48,043 nt of DNA. Origin: Fidelibacterota bacterium (lineage in GTDB: Bacteria; Fidelibacterota; Marinisomatia; Marinisomatales; TCS55). Numbering within the stretch: the stretch's first letter is position 1; each line of letters begins with the position of its first letter. Below the pieces are notes generated by a model that did not search any database, was not told the DNA's origin, and saw only the letters and a program-made list of their open reading frames with translations. Shown piece after piece: positions 29,123 to 40,110 of this stretch. The position numbers were made by a program, and so were the translations under genes. Location: positions 1 to 48,043 of the forward strand of contig JBHHTW010000014.1 in the NCBI GenBank assembly GCA_046861385.1, read 5' to 3'.

Positions 29123-30166
29123 ATGAAAGAAATCGACATAAACGGATATAAAGAGACCATTATTGAACGCTCAGACTACCCCTTGGATCGGTGTAAAACC
29201 ATTCTAAAAGATGAAGTCACTGCCATTCTGGGTTACGGTCCCCAGGGAATTGGTCAGGGACTCAACATGAGGGATCAAGGTTTTGATGTCATTCTGGGTT
29301 TGCGGAAAGGAAAAAGTTGGGAAAAAGCGCTGAACGACGGCTGGGTTGAGAATGTTAATTTATTTGATATTGAGGAAGCAGCCCATCGGGGAACCATCGT
29401 TCAATTTCTACTTTCAGATGCCGGCCAGATACAGGCTTGGCCTACAATCAAAGCGAATTTGCATGATGAGAATGCCCTGTATTTTTCCCATGGATTTGGT
29501 GTGGTATTTCACAAGCATACTGATATTATTCCTCCGGATAATGTAGATGTAATCCTAGTGGCACCAAAAGGCAGCGGATTAACCGTCCGAAATCATTTTC
29601 TTGCCGGTAGGGGGATCAATGCATCGTTTGCAATCAAACAGGATGCTTCAGGGAAAGCCAGAGAAAGGTGCATCGCCACAGCTTTTGCCATTGGGTCCGG
29701 ACATCTCTTTGAAACCACATTTGAAAATGAAGTCCATAGTGACTTAACGGGCGAGAGATGTGTATTAATGGGATTAATTCAAGGAGCTTTTTTGGCTCAA
29801 TATGAAGTATTGCGTGAATACGGTCATTCCCCATCCGAAGCATATAATGAAACTATCGAAGAAGCATTGCAAAGTTTGTATCCTCTAGTATCTGATAAGG
29901 GAATGGACTGGATGTATGCCAATTGTTCCACTACAGCCCAACGCGGAGCATTGGACTGGGCACCAAAATTTCGTGATACACTAAAGCCGGTCATTGAAGA
30001 GTGTTACCAAAAGGTCATCAGTGGTGAAGAAGCAAAAATTGCCATAGAATCGAACTCTCATCCGGATTACAGAAATAAACTGGATAAGGAATTGGATGAA
30101 GTGAGTCAACAGGAAATGTGGGTAGCAGGGAAAATTCTTCGAAAACTCAGACCGGAAAATCTATAA
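29123..30166 (+). CDS. ilvC: Ketol-acid reductoisomerase (fungal/Bacteroidota-like type)
   Basis: LGYGPQG, LLSDAGQ, FSHGF, VAPKGSG, SDLTGER, NCSTTAQRGALDW. Confidence 0.95.
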   Translation: MKEIDINGYKETIIERSDYPLDRCKTILKDEVTAILGYGPQGIGQGLNMRDQGFDVILGLRKGKSWEKALNDGWVENVNLFDIEEAAHRGTIVQFLLSDAGQIQAWPTIKANLHDENALYFSHGFGVVFHKHTDIIPPDNVDVILVAPKGSGLTVRNHFLAGRGINASFAIKQDASGKARERCIATAFAIGSGHLFETTFENEVHSDLTGERCVLMGLIQGAFLAQYEVLREYGHSPSEAYNETIEEALQSLYPLVSDKGMDWMYANCSTTAQRGALDWAPKFRDTLKPVIEECYQKVISGEEAKIAIESNSHPDYRNKLDKELDEVSQQEMWVAGKILRKLRPENL

Positions 30167-30168
30167 TA

Positions 30169-31293
30169 ATGAATAGCAAAAAATCATATACACTCGCTGT
30201 ACTAAAAGGAGACGGCATTGGTCCGGAAGTGATAGACGCATCCTTGGCTGTATTACAGGCAGTGGGGGAAAAATATCATACTCATTTTGGATTAGACTTC
30301 GGTCTGGTCGGAGGATGCTCCATCGATGAATTTGGATATCCTGTTACAGATGAAGTTCTAACAATGTGCCAACGGGCGGATGCTGTATTGCTGGGGGCTG
30401 TGGGTGGTCCAAAATGGGATAAACAACCTCAAGATCAAAAACCGGAAAAGGGACTTCTAAAATTGAGAGAATCCCTTGGGCTTTATTCCAATTTACGCCC
30501 TGCGACTATATACCCCGCTTTAGTGAATACGTCCTCATTAAAGGGATCAGTGATTTTGGGTGTTGATATTATGGTTGTTCGTGAATTAACTGGTGGGATT
30601 TATTTCGGAAAACCCAGAGGACAGAATAAAACTGAATCATGGAATACACTACGATACACAAGAAATGAAGTAGAACGGATTGCTATTTCGGCGTTTGAAT
30701 TAGCCAAAAAACGTAATAGACATGTCACCTCAGTCCACAAAGCCAATGTTTTGGAAAGTTCACAATTCTGGCGTGAAGTGGTTGAAGATGTCCATACACA
30801 ATACACTGATATTGACTTGGATGAAATGTACGTGGATAATGCCGCCATGCAGTTGGTCCGTGATCCAAAACAATTTGACGTGATAGTTACCCAAAATTTA
30901 TTTGGCGATATATTAAGCGATATTGCTGCCATGCTCACCGGCAGTCTGGGTATGCTCCCATCCGCAAGTATTGGCGATGAACATGCTCTTTATGAACCTG
31001 TCCACGGAACTGCTCCTGAAATTGCAGGAAAAAACATTGCGAATCCCCTTGCCATGATCGGTTCCGTTGCCATGATGCTGAAAATTACATTTGATATGAT
31101 CGAAGCTTCAGCGGATATTGAAAATGCTATCCGGGAGGTTCTAAATGATGGATTTAGGACACAGGATATTTCCTTTCCTGAAACCAAACTAGTTTCTACA
31201 ACAGAAATAACTGCCCGGATTATTAATAAAATTATGAATAAACCGGGGAATAATATTCCGGGTATTCCGGACAACATTTTGGAAAAATTATGA
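30169..31293 (+). CDS. leuB: 3-isopropylmalate dehydrogenase
   Basis: GDGIGPEV, AVGGPKWD, RELTGGIYFG, NLFGDILSD, EPVHGTAP. Start placed at ATG 30169. Confidence 0.95.
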   Translation: MNSKKSYTLAVLKGDGIGPEVIDASLAVLQAVGEKYHTHFGLDFGLVGGCSIDEFGYPVTDEVLTMCQRADAVLLGAVGGPKWDKQPQDQKPEKGLLKLRESLGLYSNLRPATIYPALVNTSSLKGSVILGVDIMVVRELTGGIYFGKPRGQNKTESWNTLRYTRNEVERIAISAFELAKKRNRHVTSVHKANVLESSQFWREVVEDVHTQYTDIDLDEMYVDNAAMQLVRDPKQFDVIVTQNLFGDILSDIAAMLTGSLGMLPSASIGDEHALYEPVHGTAPEIAGKNIANPLAMIGSVAMMLKITFDMIEASADIENAIREVLNDGFRTQDISFPETKLVSTTEITARIINKIMNKPGNNIPGIPDNILEKL

Positions 31294-32864
31294 GTGAAAA
31301 AATAATCATTTTTGATACAACCCTCCGGGATGGAGAGCAAGCGCCAGGAGCTTCTTTGAATGTGTTTGAAAAAATTGAAATCGCCAAGCAGTTGAATAAA
31401 CTGAATGTGGATGTAATTGAAGCTGGCTTTCCCGTTTCATCCCAAGCACAATTTGAAGCAGTACAAAGAATTGCAGATTCTGTGGAAACCGCCATAGCCG
31501 GTCTTGCTAGAACAGTTGAAGAAGATATTTTAGCAGCAAATAATGCCCTGAAGGAAGCAGATAAATTTCGAATTCATACCTTTATCGGTACATCGAATAT
31601 TCATATTCAAGGGAAATTTGGTCATAGACGGTATGGATCCAATCTAAGGGAAAAAAGAAGTACTATCCTTAAAATGGCCTGCGACGCTGTTCAATACGCA
31701 AAAACTTTTACAGACGATGTTGAATTCTCTCCTGAGGATGCTGGACGTACGGACCAAGTCTATTTAAATGAAATAGTCGAAGCAGTCATAGAGGCGGGTG
31801 CGACCACAGTCAATATTCCGGATACAACGGGATATACCATGCCAAAGGAATTTGGTGAAAAAATATCCAATTTGAAAAAAAATGTACGCAATATTGATCA
31901 GGCTGTCATTAGCGTTCATTGTCATAATGACCTTGGTTTGGCGGTTGCAAATTCATTATCCGCAATTACCAATGGAGCCCGGCAGGTCGAGTGTACTATC
32001 AATGGAATTGGAGAGCGGGCAGGGAATGCATCCATGGAAGAAATTGTCATGGCATTAATTGTCAGATCAAATTTCTGGGACGTTCATACAGATATTGTTA
32101 CAAAAGAAATTTATAATTCAAGCAAAATGGTTTCCGGATATACGGGAATGATGGTTCAACCCAACAAAGCAATCGTTGGAGAAAATGCTTTTGCACATGA
32201 ATCAGGAATTCATCAGGACGGGGTATTAAAAAATCGAGATACATATGAAATTATGACGCCGGAATCAGTCGGTATAACGAATAATAAAATTGTCCTGGGG
32301 AGACATTCCGGTCGCCATGGTCTTTCTTCCAGATTGATCAAAATGGGATACGAATTTACCGATGAGCAATTGGATATCGTTTATGATCAATTTCTTGAAC
32401 TAGCCGACAAAAAGAAGGAAGTCTACGATGATGATCTTCGGGTATTAATGGGAGATCAAGTCGTTGTGGATGTAGGTTTTTATGATTTAGAATATCTTCA
32501 TGTGAACCTAGGAACTACAACCATCCCGACCGCAACGGTGAGGATTAAAACGGAGGAAAAGATTTTAGAAGAATCGGCGACGGGGGATGGTCCAGTGGCT
32601 GCATGTTTTAAAGCCATAAACAGAGCTTTGGGATTAGGAAGAAAAATTAAACTCGAACATTATCAGGTTCGTTCTATCACCAGTGGGAAAAGCGCTTTGG
32701 GAGAGGTGACCGTTCGCTTAATCATAGAGGAAGCGGCCTACACAGGTAAAGGTGTTTCAACGGATACAATCGAAGCAAGTGCAAAAGCATATCTTCAGTC
32801 CTTGAATTATTATGAATCCATGAAAGATATGGACGCAGTTTTTGAAGAAATGACGACAGTGTAA
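31290..32864 (+). CDS. leuA: 2-isopropylmalate synthase
   Basis: DTTLRDGEQAPG, HCHNDLG, GERAGN, HESGIHQDG, and a C-terminal regulatory domain. Confidence 0.95.
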   Translation: MSEKIIIFDTTLRDGEQAPGASLNVFEKIEIAKQLNKLNVDVIEAGFPVSSQAQFEAVQRIADSVETAIAGLARTVEEDILAANNALKEADKFRIHTFIGTSNIHIQGKFGHRRYGSNLREKRSTILKMACDAVQYAKTFTDDVEFSPEDAGRTDQVYLNEIVEAVIEAGATTVNIPDTTGYTMPKEFGEKISNLKKNVRNIDQAVISVHCHNDLGLAVANSLSAITNGARQVECTINGIGERAGNASMEEIVMALIVRSNFWDVHTDIVTKEIYNSSKMVSGYTGMMVQPNKAIVGENAFAHESGIHQDGVLKNRDTYEIMTPESVGITNNKIVLGRHSGRHGLSSRLIKMGYEFTDEQLDIVYDQFLELADKKKEVYDDDLRVLMGDQVVVDVGFYDLEYLHVNLGTTTIPTATVRIKTEEKILEESATGDGPVAACFKAINRALGLGRKIKLEHYQVRSITSGKSALGEVTVRLIIEEAAYTGKGVSTDTIEASAKAYLQSLNYYESMKDMDAVFEEMTTV

Positions 32865-32878
32865 GGGCGAATTAATTG

Positions 32879-34285
32879 ATGACCGGTAAAACACTATACG
32901 ATAAACTCTGGGACTCTCACCTGGTTGGAACAGGCGACAATGGAGTCAATTTAATTTATATCGATCGTCAATTAATCCATGAAGTAACCTCGCCACAGGC
33001 GTTTGAAGGATTAAGAATAACTGATAGAAAGCCTTGGCGTTTAGATGCAAATGTGGCTGTTCCTGATCACAATATTCCTACAATGAATCGACATTTGGGG
33101 ATTACAGACTCCTTTTCCAAACTACAAGTGAATACATTGAGTAATAATTGTAAAGATTTTGGAATTATGGAATTTGCAATGGAAAACCCCAATCAGGGGA
33201 TTGTTCATGTAATCGGTCCGGAACAGGGACTGACATTACCGGGAATGACGATTGTTTGCGGTGATTCACATACTTCCACTCATGGTGCTTTAGGTGCCCT
33301 TGCATTTGGCATAGGTACATCGGAAATTGAGCACGTTTTGGCCACCCAATGCCTGCTTCAATCCAAATCAAAAAATATGCTGATTCAAGTAGATGGAAAA
33401 TTGCAACCAGGTGTGACGGCTAAGGACTTAATACTGAATATAATTGGAAAAATCGGAACAGCTGGTGGAACGGGATATGCCATTGAGTTTGGCGGCGAAG
33501 CCATCAAAGCCCTCTCGATGGAGGGGCGGATGACTGTTTGCAATATGTCTATAGAAGCCGGGGCAAGAGTCGGTATGATTTCTGTGGATGAGAAAACGAT
33601 TGATTATGTTAAAGGAAGACCTTATTCACCCAAAGGGGGCGACTGGGAGCAGGCAGTGTCTTATTGGCGAACGCTGAAAAGTGACGAAACAGCAGTCTAC
33701 GATTCAGTCATTAAAATGAACGCCTCGAAAATTCTACCAATGGTTACCTGGGGAACATCTCCTGAAATGGTCGTTAATGTGGAGGGTCATGTCCCGAAAA
33801 ATGTGGAAAACAGATACGACTCTGCATTAGAATACATGGGTCTAACAGAAGGAATGTCTATCAAGGATATTCCACTCGATAAAATATTTATTGGTTCATG
33901 TACCAATTCAAGAATAGAAGATTTAAGAATGGCGGCTCAGGTGGTTCGGGGTAAAAAAGTGGCGAAATCCATCAAACTGGCCATGGTGGTTCCAGGCTCT
34001 GGTCCCATAAAAAGACAAGCAGAGAAAGAGGGGTTGGATGAAATTTTTCTGGACGCTGGTTTTGAATGGAGAGATGCCGGGTGCTCCATGTGTTTAGCCA
34101 TGAATGCAGATAAACTGGAAAAAGGCGAACGGTGCGCTTCCACTTCGAACCGGAATTTTGAAGGCCGCCAGGGAATGGGAGGACGGACTCATTTGGTGAG
34201 CCCGGCCATGGCAGCAGCAGCGGCCATTGAAGGAACATTTACGAATGTGTGCGATATTTGGGATAGAGCAAATGGAACCATTTAA
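32879..34285 (+). CDS. leuC: 3-isopropylmalate dehydratase large subunit
   Basis: [47 protein letters not shown]. Confidence 0.96.
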   Translation: MTGKTLYDKLWDSHLVGTGDNGVNLIYIDRQLIHEVTSPQAFEGLRITDRKPWRLDANVAVPDHNIPTMNRHLGITDSFSKLQVNTLSNNCKDFGIMEFAMENPNQGIVHVIGPEQGLTLPGMTIVCGDSHTSTHGALGALAFGIGTSEIEHVLATQCLLQSKSKNMLIQVDGKLQPGVTAKDLILNIIGKIGTAGGTGYAIEFGGEAIKALSMEGRMTVCNMSIEAGARVGMISVDEKTIDYVKGRPYSPKGGDWEQAVSYWRTLKSDETAVYDSVIKMNASKILPMVTWGTSPEMVVNVEGHVPKNVENRYDSALEYMGLTEGMSIKDIPLDKIFIGSCTNSRIEDLRMAAQVVRGKKVAKSIKLAMVVPGSGPIKRQAEKEGLDEIFLDAGFEWRDAGCSMCLAMNADKLEKGERCASTSNRNFEGRQGMGGRTHLVSPAMAAAAAIEGTFTNVCDIWDRANGTI

Positions 34286-34913
34286 AACATTGATTGGAAT
34301 TGTGGCTCCGCTTGATCGCATAAATGTGGACACGGACGCAATCATCCCTAAGCAATTTTTAAAATCAATCCACCGAACGGGGTTTGGCCCAAACCTGTTT
34401 GATGAATGGCGATATTTGGATTACGGAGAACCGGGACAGGATTGTAAAAATCGTCCCTTAAATGGGAATTTTATTCTAAATCAAGACCCGTTCAAACAAG
34501 CAACGATTCTATTAACCAGGAGTAATTTCGGATGTGGTTCCAGTCGGGAGCATGCCCTTTGGGCCTTAATTGATTATGGGTTTCGTGTCATTATTGCTGA
34601 GAGCTTTGCTGATATTTTTTACAATAATTGTTTTAAAAACGGATTGTTACCCATACAGCTTCCTGTAGATAAAATAAACCGTTTATTTTCATTTGTCATT
34701 AATAAACCCGGTTTTTCTTTAAAGGTAGATCTAAAGTATCAAAAAATATATGATCCATTGGGAAACATTCTCCCTTATGAAATTGAATTATTTCGGAAAG
34801 ATGCTTTGCTCAAGGGATTAGACGAAATTAGCACCACCCTTGCGCATAAAAATGCCATTACGGATTTCGAAGAAAAACATAAAAATGTTCAGCCTTGGTT
34901 ATTTAGAAAATGA
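34272..34913 (+). CDS. leuD: 3-isopropylmalate dehydratase small subunit
   Basis: [32 protein letters not shown]. Start placed at ATG 34272. Confidence 0.95.
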   Translation: MEPFKTLIGIVAPLDRINVDTDAIIPKQFLKSIHRTGFGPNLFDEWRYLDYGEPGQDCKNRPLNGNFILNQDPFKQATILLTRSNFGCGSSREHALWALIDYGFRVIIAESFADIFYNNCFKNGLLPIQLPVDKINRLFSFVINKPGFSLKVDLKYQKIYDPLGNILPYEIELFRKDALLKGLDEISTTLAHKNAITDFEEKHKNVQPWLFRK

Positions 34914-36493
34914 AAAAAAAATTATCAAAACCAATAGAGCTATTTGATACAACGCTCCGGGATGGAACTCAGGGAGAAGGCGTTAATTTATCGGTAGATG
35001 ATAAGTTGCATATTGCATCAAAATTGGATGAATTTGGAATTAATATCATTGAAGGCGGTTGGCCGGGAAGCAATCCCAGGGATCAAGAATTCTTTGTAAA
35101 AGCAAAAGATCTTCATCTCTCACAGGCGAACATTTGTGCATTTGGTTCTACAGCCCGAAAGCTCCAATCAATCGAGTCCGACCCCAACCTCAACGCCATC
35201 TTATTTGCTGAAACACCTGTCGTCACCATATTTGGAAAATCATGGTTGCTTCACGCAGTGAAAGGATTGGGTTTATCTAAAGAAGAAAATTTGGAATTGA
35301 TCGAAAAATCTGTGGCATTTCTAGTCAATCATGGGAGACGGGTTATTTTTGATGCGGAACATTTTTATGATGGGTACGAAGAAGATTCCAATTACGCTGT
35401 TGAAACGGTAAAAGCAGCTCTTAATGGCGGTGCCGATACATTGGTCCTTTGTGATACAAATGGCGGTTCCCTTCCGAATCAAATCAAACAGGCAACAGAG
35501 GCTGTGGTTAATCAATTCATTACAACGATCGGCGTTCATGCTCATAATGACGGCGGGCTTGCGGTGGCAAATACCTTGGCTGCTGTTAAGGCCGGAGCTG
35601 CACATATTCAGGGAACCATTAATGGGGTAGGAGAGCGTTGTGGCAATGTGAGTTTAGGATCGGTTATTCCAAATTTGATTATCAAAATGGGACTCAGCAC
35701 TCAATCTGATATTCACCTTGATAAATTAACTCAATTAACAAATTATACGTTTGAGCTAATGAATCTGCATCCTGACGATCAGGCACCTTTTGTGGGAAAA
35801 TCTGCCTTTGCCCATAAAGGTGGCATTCACGTGAGTGCAGTGATGAAAGACAGCAAAATGTATGAGCATATTGATCCCAAACTGGTTGGGAGCAACCAAC
35901 GTGTCCTCATATCAGATCTCTCCGGTCAAAGCAACATTCGATATAAGGCCTCAGAATTAAACGTTTCACTAAATGGGGACAAAGATTTACCCAAGAGTTT
36001 GGTTTCACGGATTAAGGAAATGGAATATGAGGGTTATCAGTTTGAAGCTGCAGAAGCATCCTTTGAATTATTTCTTCGCGAGACCTTGGGAACTTACAAG
36101 CCGTTTTTTGATGTATTAGATTCCAGAGTCAATGTTAGTTATGACCAGGACGGACATAATCGGGCTGACGTTATGTTAAAAGTTTCCGTTAATGGTGAAA
36201 TTGAGCATACCGCGGCTGACGGCGTCGGACCTGTCCATGCATTAAACAGAGCACTGCGAAAAGCATTATCCCGGTTTTATCCTGAGTTAAGGGGAGTGAA
36301 ATTAACGGATTACAAAGTCCGCGTACTTAACGAGCAAGCCGGTACCCAGGCAAAGGTACGGGTACTTATTGAAAGTTCTGATGGTGAAAAAAGCTGGTCA
36401 ACCATTGGTGTGTCTGAAAATATTATTGAGGCCAGCTGGCAGGCGTTACGGGACAGTCTGAACTATAAATTGTTAAAATCCAAAGATAATTAA
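34910..36493 (+). CDS. cimA: Citramalate synthase
   Basis: [55 protein letters not shown] (CimA clade of DRE-TIM enzymes). Confidence 0.9.
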   Translation: MKKKLSKPIELFDTTLRDGTQGEGVNLSVDDKLHIASKLDEFGINIIEGGWPGSNPRDQEFFVKAKDLHLSQANICAFGSTARKLQSIESDPNLNAILFAETPVVTIFGKSWLLHAVKGLGLSKEENLELIEKSVAFLVNHGRRVIFDAEHFYDGYEEDSNYAVETVKAALNGGADTLVLCDTNGGSLPNQIKQATEAVVNQFITTIGVHAHNDGGLAVANTLAAVKAGAAHIQGTINGVGERCGNVSLGSVIPNLIIKMGLSTQSDIHLDKLTQLTNYTFELMNLHPDDQAPFVGKSAFAHKGGIHVSAVMKDSKMYEHIDPKLVGSNQRVLISDLSGQSNIRYKASELNVSLNGDKDLPKSLVSRIKEMEYEGYQFEAAEASFELFLRETLGTYKPFFDVLDSRVNVSYDQDGHNRADVMLKVSVNGEIEHTAADGVGPVHALNRALRKALSRFYPELRGVKLTDYKVRVLNEQAGTQAKVRVLIESSDGEKSWSTIGVSENIIEASWQALRDSLNYKLLKSKDN

Positions 36494-36721
36494 AAAAACC
36501 TTAACATTTTTTTTATATAAATCTGGCTGAAGAGCAGGATTGAAGTTATTGATATAAATTGTATTGATGCGGTTAGTACATTCCAAATAAAGTAATGTCA
36601 TTTCACTGTGGGTACCCAACTTGTGAAACAATAAAATATTTCACAGGGAAACATTTTGCCAGCTATATTATATAAGGTAAATTAAGCAATAATAAATGTT
36701 TGTAACCTACAAGTAATTATC

Positions 36722-37132
36722 ATGCAATATTTAACAAAATCATTCCATTTCTGTGCTGCTCATCAATATGGGCATGAGGACTGGTCTGATGAGAAAAATT
36801 ATGAAATCTTCGCCGAAGATGCAAAAATACATGGACATAATTATGTATTGGAAGTGACGGTAAAAGGGGAAGTGAATCCTGATACAGGATTTATTGTTGA
36901 TTTAGGCTATTTGAAGAGCATTGTCGATGAAAATATCATCAACCTTTTAGACCATTCTCAAATTGAATTGGATATTCCGTGGTTTGCGGATAAACAACCG
37001 TCATCAGAAAATATGGTTGTATTCATTTGGGAAACTATTAACCCAAAGTTAACAGACGTTCAATTACATCGAATTCGATTAATTGAAACACCCACTATAA
37101 AAACAGATTACTACGGTCCATCCATAAACTAA
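36722..37132 (+). CDS. 6-carboxytetrahydropterin synthase / PTPS family protein (QueD-like, atypical active site)
   Basis: FCAAH, HGHNY, LDH, PSSEN, ETP. The canonical Cys before HGH is absent. Confidence 0.82.
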   Translation: MQYLTKSFHFCAAHQYGHEDWSDEKNYEIFAEDAKIHGHNYVLEVTVKGEVNPDTGFIVDLGYLKSIVDENIINLLDHSQIELDIPWFADKQPSSENMVVFIWETINPKLTDVQLHRIRLIETPTIKTDYYGPSIN

Positions 37133-37830
37133 TGGATTTTAAAAATCGATTGTACCTCATTTTTGCTGGTATTTTTATTGCATCGCTTATCAGCGCAAAC
37201 TTGATTTTTCAGAAGTTTTTTACCTGGTCACCTTTTGGTTGGTATACTTTCGAATTATCAGTTGGAATTCTTCCGTATCCTGTAACGTTTTTATGTACGG
37301 ATCTTATTTCAGAGTTGTATGGGAAGAAGAAAGCCGACCAAGTGGTTATCAGCGGGTTAGTGGCGAGTCTATTTGTTTTGGGAGTTGTATTACTTGCAGA
37401 CGCCATGCCCCAAACAGTCTGGTCCCCTGTTAGTGATAAAACTTTTCACAATGTTTTTGGATTATATGGTCCCGCTGTATTCGCATCCATGATTGCCTAT
37501 TTAACCGCCCAGTTTATCGATATCAGGATTTTTCATTTTTGGAAAAAGTTAACTAAAGGCAGGCATCTCTGGCTCAGAAATAACGGATCTACTATCGTAT
37601 CCCAATTGGTGGATACCTCTGCTGTATTAATATTGTTATGCGCTGCGGGTGCCATTGAGTGGTCAAGGTTTGGTTCGTTACTATTAAACGGATTCTTATT
37701 CAAAGTATTAATCGCATTAGCCGATACGCCTTTTTTCTATTTAGGTGTGTGGGCATTAAAAGGAAAAATTCACGATGATCCGGATGAGGAAATTTGGGGT
37801 CTTCGTCCTTTTGCTGAGGAGGCAATCTAA
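37132..37830 (+). CDS. Queuosine precursor transporter (YhhQ/Vut_1 family)
   Basis: YPVTFLCTDLISELYG, ASMIAYL..Q, LWLRNNGST..SQLVDT, DTP. Confidence 0.88.
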   Translation: MDFKNRLYLIFAGIFIASLISANLIFQKFFTWSPFGWYTFELSVGILPYPVTFLCTDLISELYGKKKADQVVISGLVASLFVLGVVLLADAMPQTVWSPVSDKTFHNVFGLYGPAVFASMIAYLTAQFIDIRIFHFWKKLTKGRHLWLRNNGSTIVSQLVDTSAVLILLCAAGAIEWSRFGSLLLNGFLFKVLIALADTPFFYLGVWALKGKIHDDPDEEIWGLRPFAEEAI

Positions 37831-38393
37831 TGATCGAAAACATAAAGAAATTAACATATCGACTGATTAAAGAAATTGGTGAAGATCCATCGCGCGATGG
37901 ATTAATTAAAACTCCTGATCGCGTTGCCAGGGCTTGGAATTTCTTTTCTGAAGGCTACACTGCAAACATAGATGACATTGTTAATGAAGCCATATTTGAA
38001 GATGATTGCAGTGAAATGGTTGTGGTTCGGGATATAGAATTTTTCAGTATGTGTGAACACCATATGATACCGTTTTTTGGGCGATGTCATGTGGGATATT
38101 TACCCAATAACAAAGTCATTGGCTTGTCTAAAATCCCTAGAATAATTGATGTATTTTCCCGAAGACTCCAAATCCAGGAGCGTTTAACCGGTCTGGTGGC
38201 AAAAACCATTGAAGATTTATTAGACCCAATTGGCGTCGGTGTAGTAATGGAAGGGCGTCATTTATGTATGCAAATGCGTGGTGTTGAGAAACAAAACAGC
38301 TTTGCAACGACCTCAGCTATGTTGGGACAGTTCCGGGATTCGGTTGAAACCAGGACGGAATTTTTGAGCATTATCAGTAAAGAGAAATTCTAA
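37830..38393 (+). CDS. folE: GTP cyclohydrolase I
   Basis: TPDRVA, SMCEHH, GLSKIPR, RRLQIQERLT, HLCMQMRG. Confidence 0.96.
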   Translation: MIENIKKLTYRLIKEIGEDPSRDGLIKTPDRVARAWNFFSEGYTANIDDIVNEAIFEDDCSEMVVVRDIEFFSMCEHHMIPFFGRCHVGYLPNNKVIGLSKIPRIIDVFSRRLQIQERLTGLVAKTIEDLLDPIGVGVVMEGRHLCMQMRGVEKQNSFATTSAMLGQFRDSVETRTEFLSIISKEKF

Positions 38394-39781
38394 TGTCTGA
38401 TTATGATTTGGCTATTCTGGGCGGTGGTCCCGGTGGATATGTCGCCGCTATCCGTGCTGCCCAGCTCGGGCAAAAAACCATTATAATTGATAAGGATAAG
38501 CTGGGAGGGATTTGTCTGAACTGGGGTTGCATTCCCACAAAATCATTATTAAAAAATGCTGAAGTGCTGCATTATATTAAAAATTCTGAAAAATATGGTA
38601 TTAATATTCCAAAATATTCTGTTGATTTCCCTTCAACAATTGCTCGCAGCAGAAATGTAGCAAATCAATTATCAAAAGGTGTGGCGTTTCTCATGAAGAA
38701 AAATGGGATTACACACATAGAAGGCAGAGGCAAACTAACATCCGCTACATCCATAGACGTCACCAAAGGAGAGCATAGAGAAACGATTGATGCAAATAAA
38801 ATTATTGTAGCGACAGGAGGACATCCCCGGACATTTCCCGGTATGAAATTAGATAGAAAAAAAATCATTTCAGCCAAAGAAGCAATGATTCTTGAGAAAC
38901 CACCGAAGAAAATGATCATAATCGGTTCAGGAGCTATCGGAGTGGAATTCGCTTATTTTTACAATGAATTTGGTAGTGAAATACATCTAATTGAAATGTT
39001 ACCAAGAATCGTTCCCAATGAGGATGAGTCAATTTCAAAAGAATTATCAAGAAATTTCAAAAAGTCAAAAATCCACATTTACACAGGTGCAAAAGTTTCC
39101 AATATTGAAGCGTTAAAAACAAAGGTAAAAGTTCATTTGGATCGAAAAGGAAAAGAAGAAACCATCGAAGGTGATTTAGCATTAGTAGCTGTTGGTGTAA
39201 CAGGAAATATTGAAAATATTGGTCTTGAAAAGGTAGGTGTATCTACAGATCGTGGTGCTATTATCATCAACGAGACCAATCAAACATCCATTTCAAATAT
39301 TTATGCAATCGGCGATGTAACCGGTCCTCCTTGGTTAGCCCATGTGGCTTCTGCTCAAGGTCATGTTGCAGCGGAACATGCAGCCGGACATAGTACAACG
39401 CCAGTTGATTATTCAAACATTCCCGGATGCACATATTGCCAGCCTCAGGTGGCATCGATTGGATTGACAGAGAAAAAAGCGGTAGAAAAGGGGTTTGATG
39501 TTAAGATAGGAAAATTTGATTTTAAAGCCAGTGGAAAAGCCATGGCGGCAGGAGATACAGCTGGATTTGTGAAACTCGTATTTGATGGGAAATATGGTGA
39601 ATTATTAGGTGCCCATATCATTGGTTCTGAAGCAACGGAAATGATTGCTGAATTGTGTATTGCCAAAGCCTTAGAATCTACTTGGCATGAATTGGCAGCC
39701 ACGGTTCACGCACATCCAACCTTATCCGAGGCGGTGATGGAGGCTGCTTTGGATGCAATGGGTCAGAGTATACATCAATAA
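38393..39781 (+). CDS. lpdA: Dihydrolipoyl dehydrogenase (E3)
   Basis: GGGPGG, GGICLNWGCIP redox disulfide, GSGAIG, HAHPTLSE. Confidence 0.96.
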   Translation: MSDYDLAILGGGPGGYVAAIRAAQLGQKTIIIDKDKLGGICLNWGCIPTKSLLKNAEVLHYIKNSEKYGINIPKYSVDFPSTIARSRNVANQLSKGVAFLMKKNGITHIEGRGKLTSATSIDVTKGEHRETIDANKIIVATGGHPRTFPGMKLDRKKIISAKEAMILEKPPKKMIIIGSGAIGVEFAYFYNEFGSEIHLIEMLPRIVPNEDESISKELSRNFKKSKIHIYTGAKVSNIEALKTKVKVHLDRKGKEETIEGDLALVAVGVTGNIENIGLEKVGVSTDRGAIIINETNQTSISNIYAIGDVTGPPWLAHVASAQGHVAAEHAAGHSTTPVDYSNIPGCTYCQPQVASIGLTEKKAVEKGFDVKIGKFDFKASGKAMAAGDTAGFVKLVFDGKYGELLGAHIIGSEATEMIAELCIAKALESTWHELAATVHAHPTLSEAVMEAALDAMGQSIHQ

Positions 39782-40110
39782 TGGTTTTAGGGAATAGAGT
39801 GAAAATCTGGACAATATTATTTTCCATTTTATTAATGGTGGGATGTAATAAAACAAATCTCCCGACCCCTGCTTGCATTGAAGAGAAATTTTTTAATGAT
39901 CCGAATATTATACAAGTTTGGGAATATAGATGGAATGGCCATACAGTATTTTTAGTTATTCCAGACTGTTGCGATCAATATGACATGGTTTATTCATTAA
40001 ACTGTGAACCTATATGTGCACCCAGTGGGGGCTTTACTGGAAGTGGTGACGGTAAGTGTCCAGATTTTTATACTGATGCGGAAGTTGTAGAACAGGTATT
40101 CCCATCATGA
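39781..40110 (+). CDS. Small Cys-rich lipoprotein (DUF6970-like)
   Basis: Lipobox LMVGC and the CCDQ...C..ICAPSGGFTGSGDGKCPDF motif. Confidence 0.7.
   Translation: MVLGNRVKIWTILFSILLMVGCNKTNLPTPACIEEKFFNDPNIIQVWEYRWNGHTVFLVIPDCCDQYDMVYSLNCEPICAPSGGFTGSGDGKCPDFYTDAEVVEQVFPS

Noticed and set aside
36494-36721. preQ1 riboswitch or Rex operator upstream of the queD-like gene
   Set aside because: No preQ1-I stem/loop with A-rich tail recognised, and the TGTGAA...TTCACA spacing is much longer than the Rex N4 spacing.
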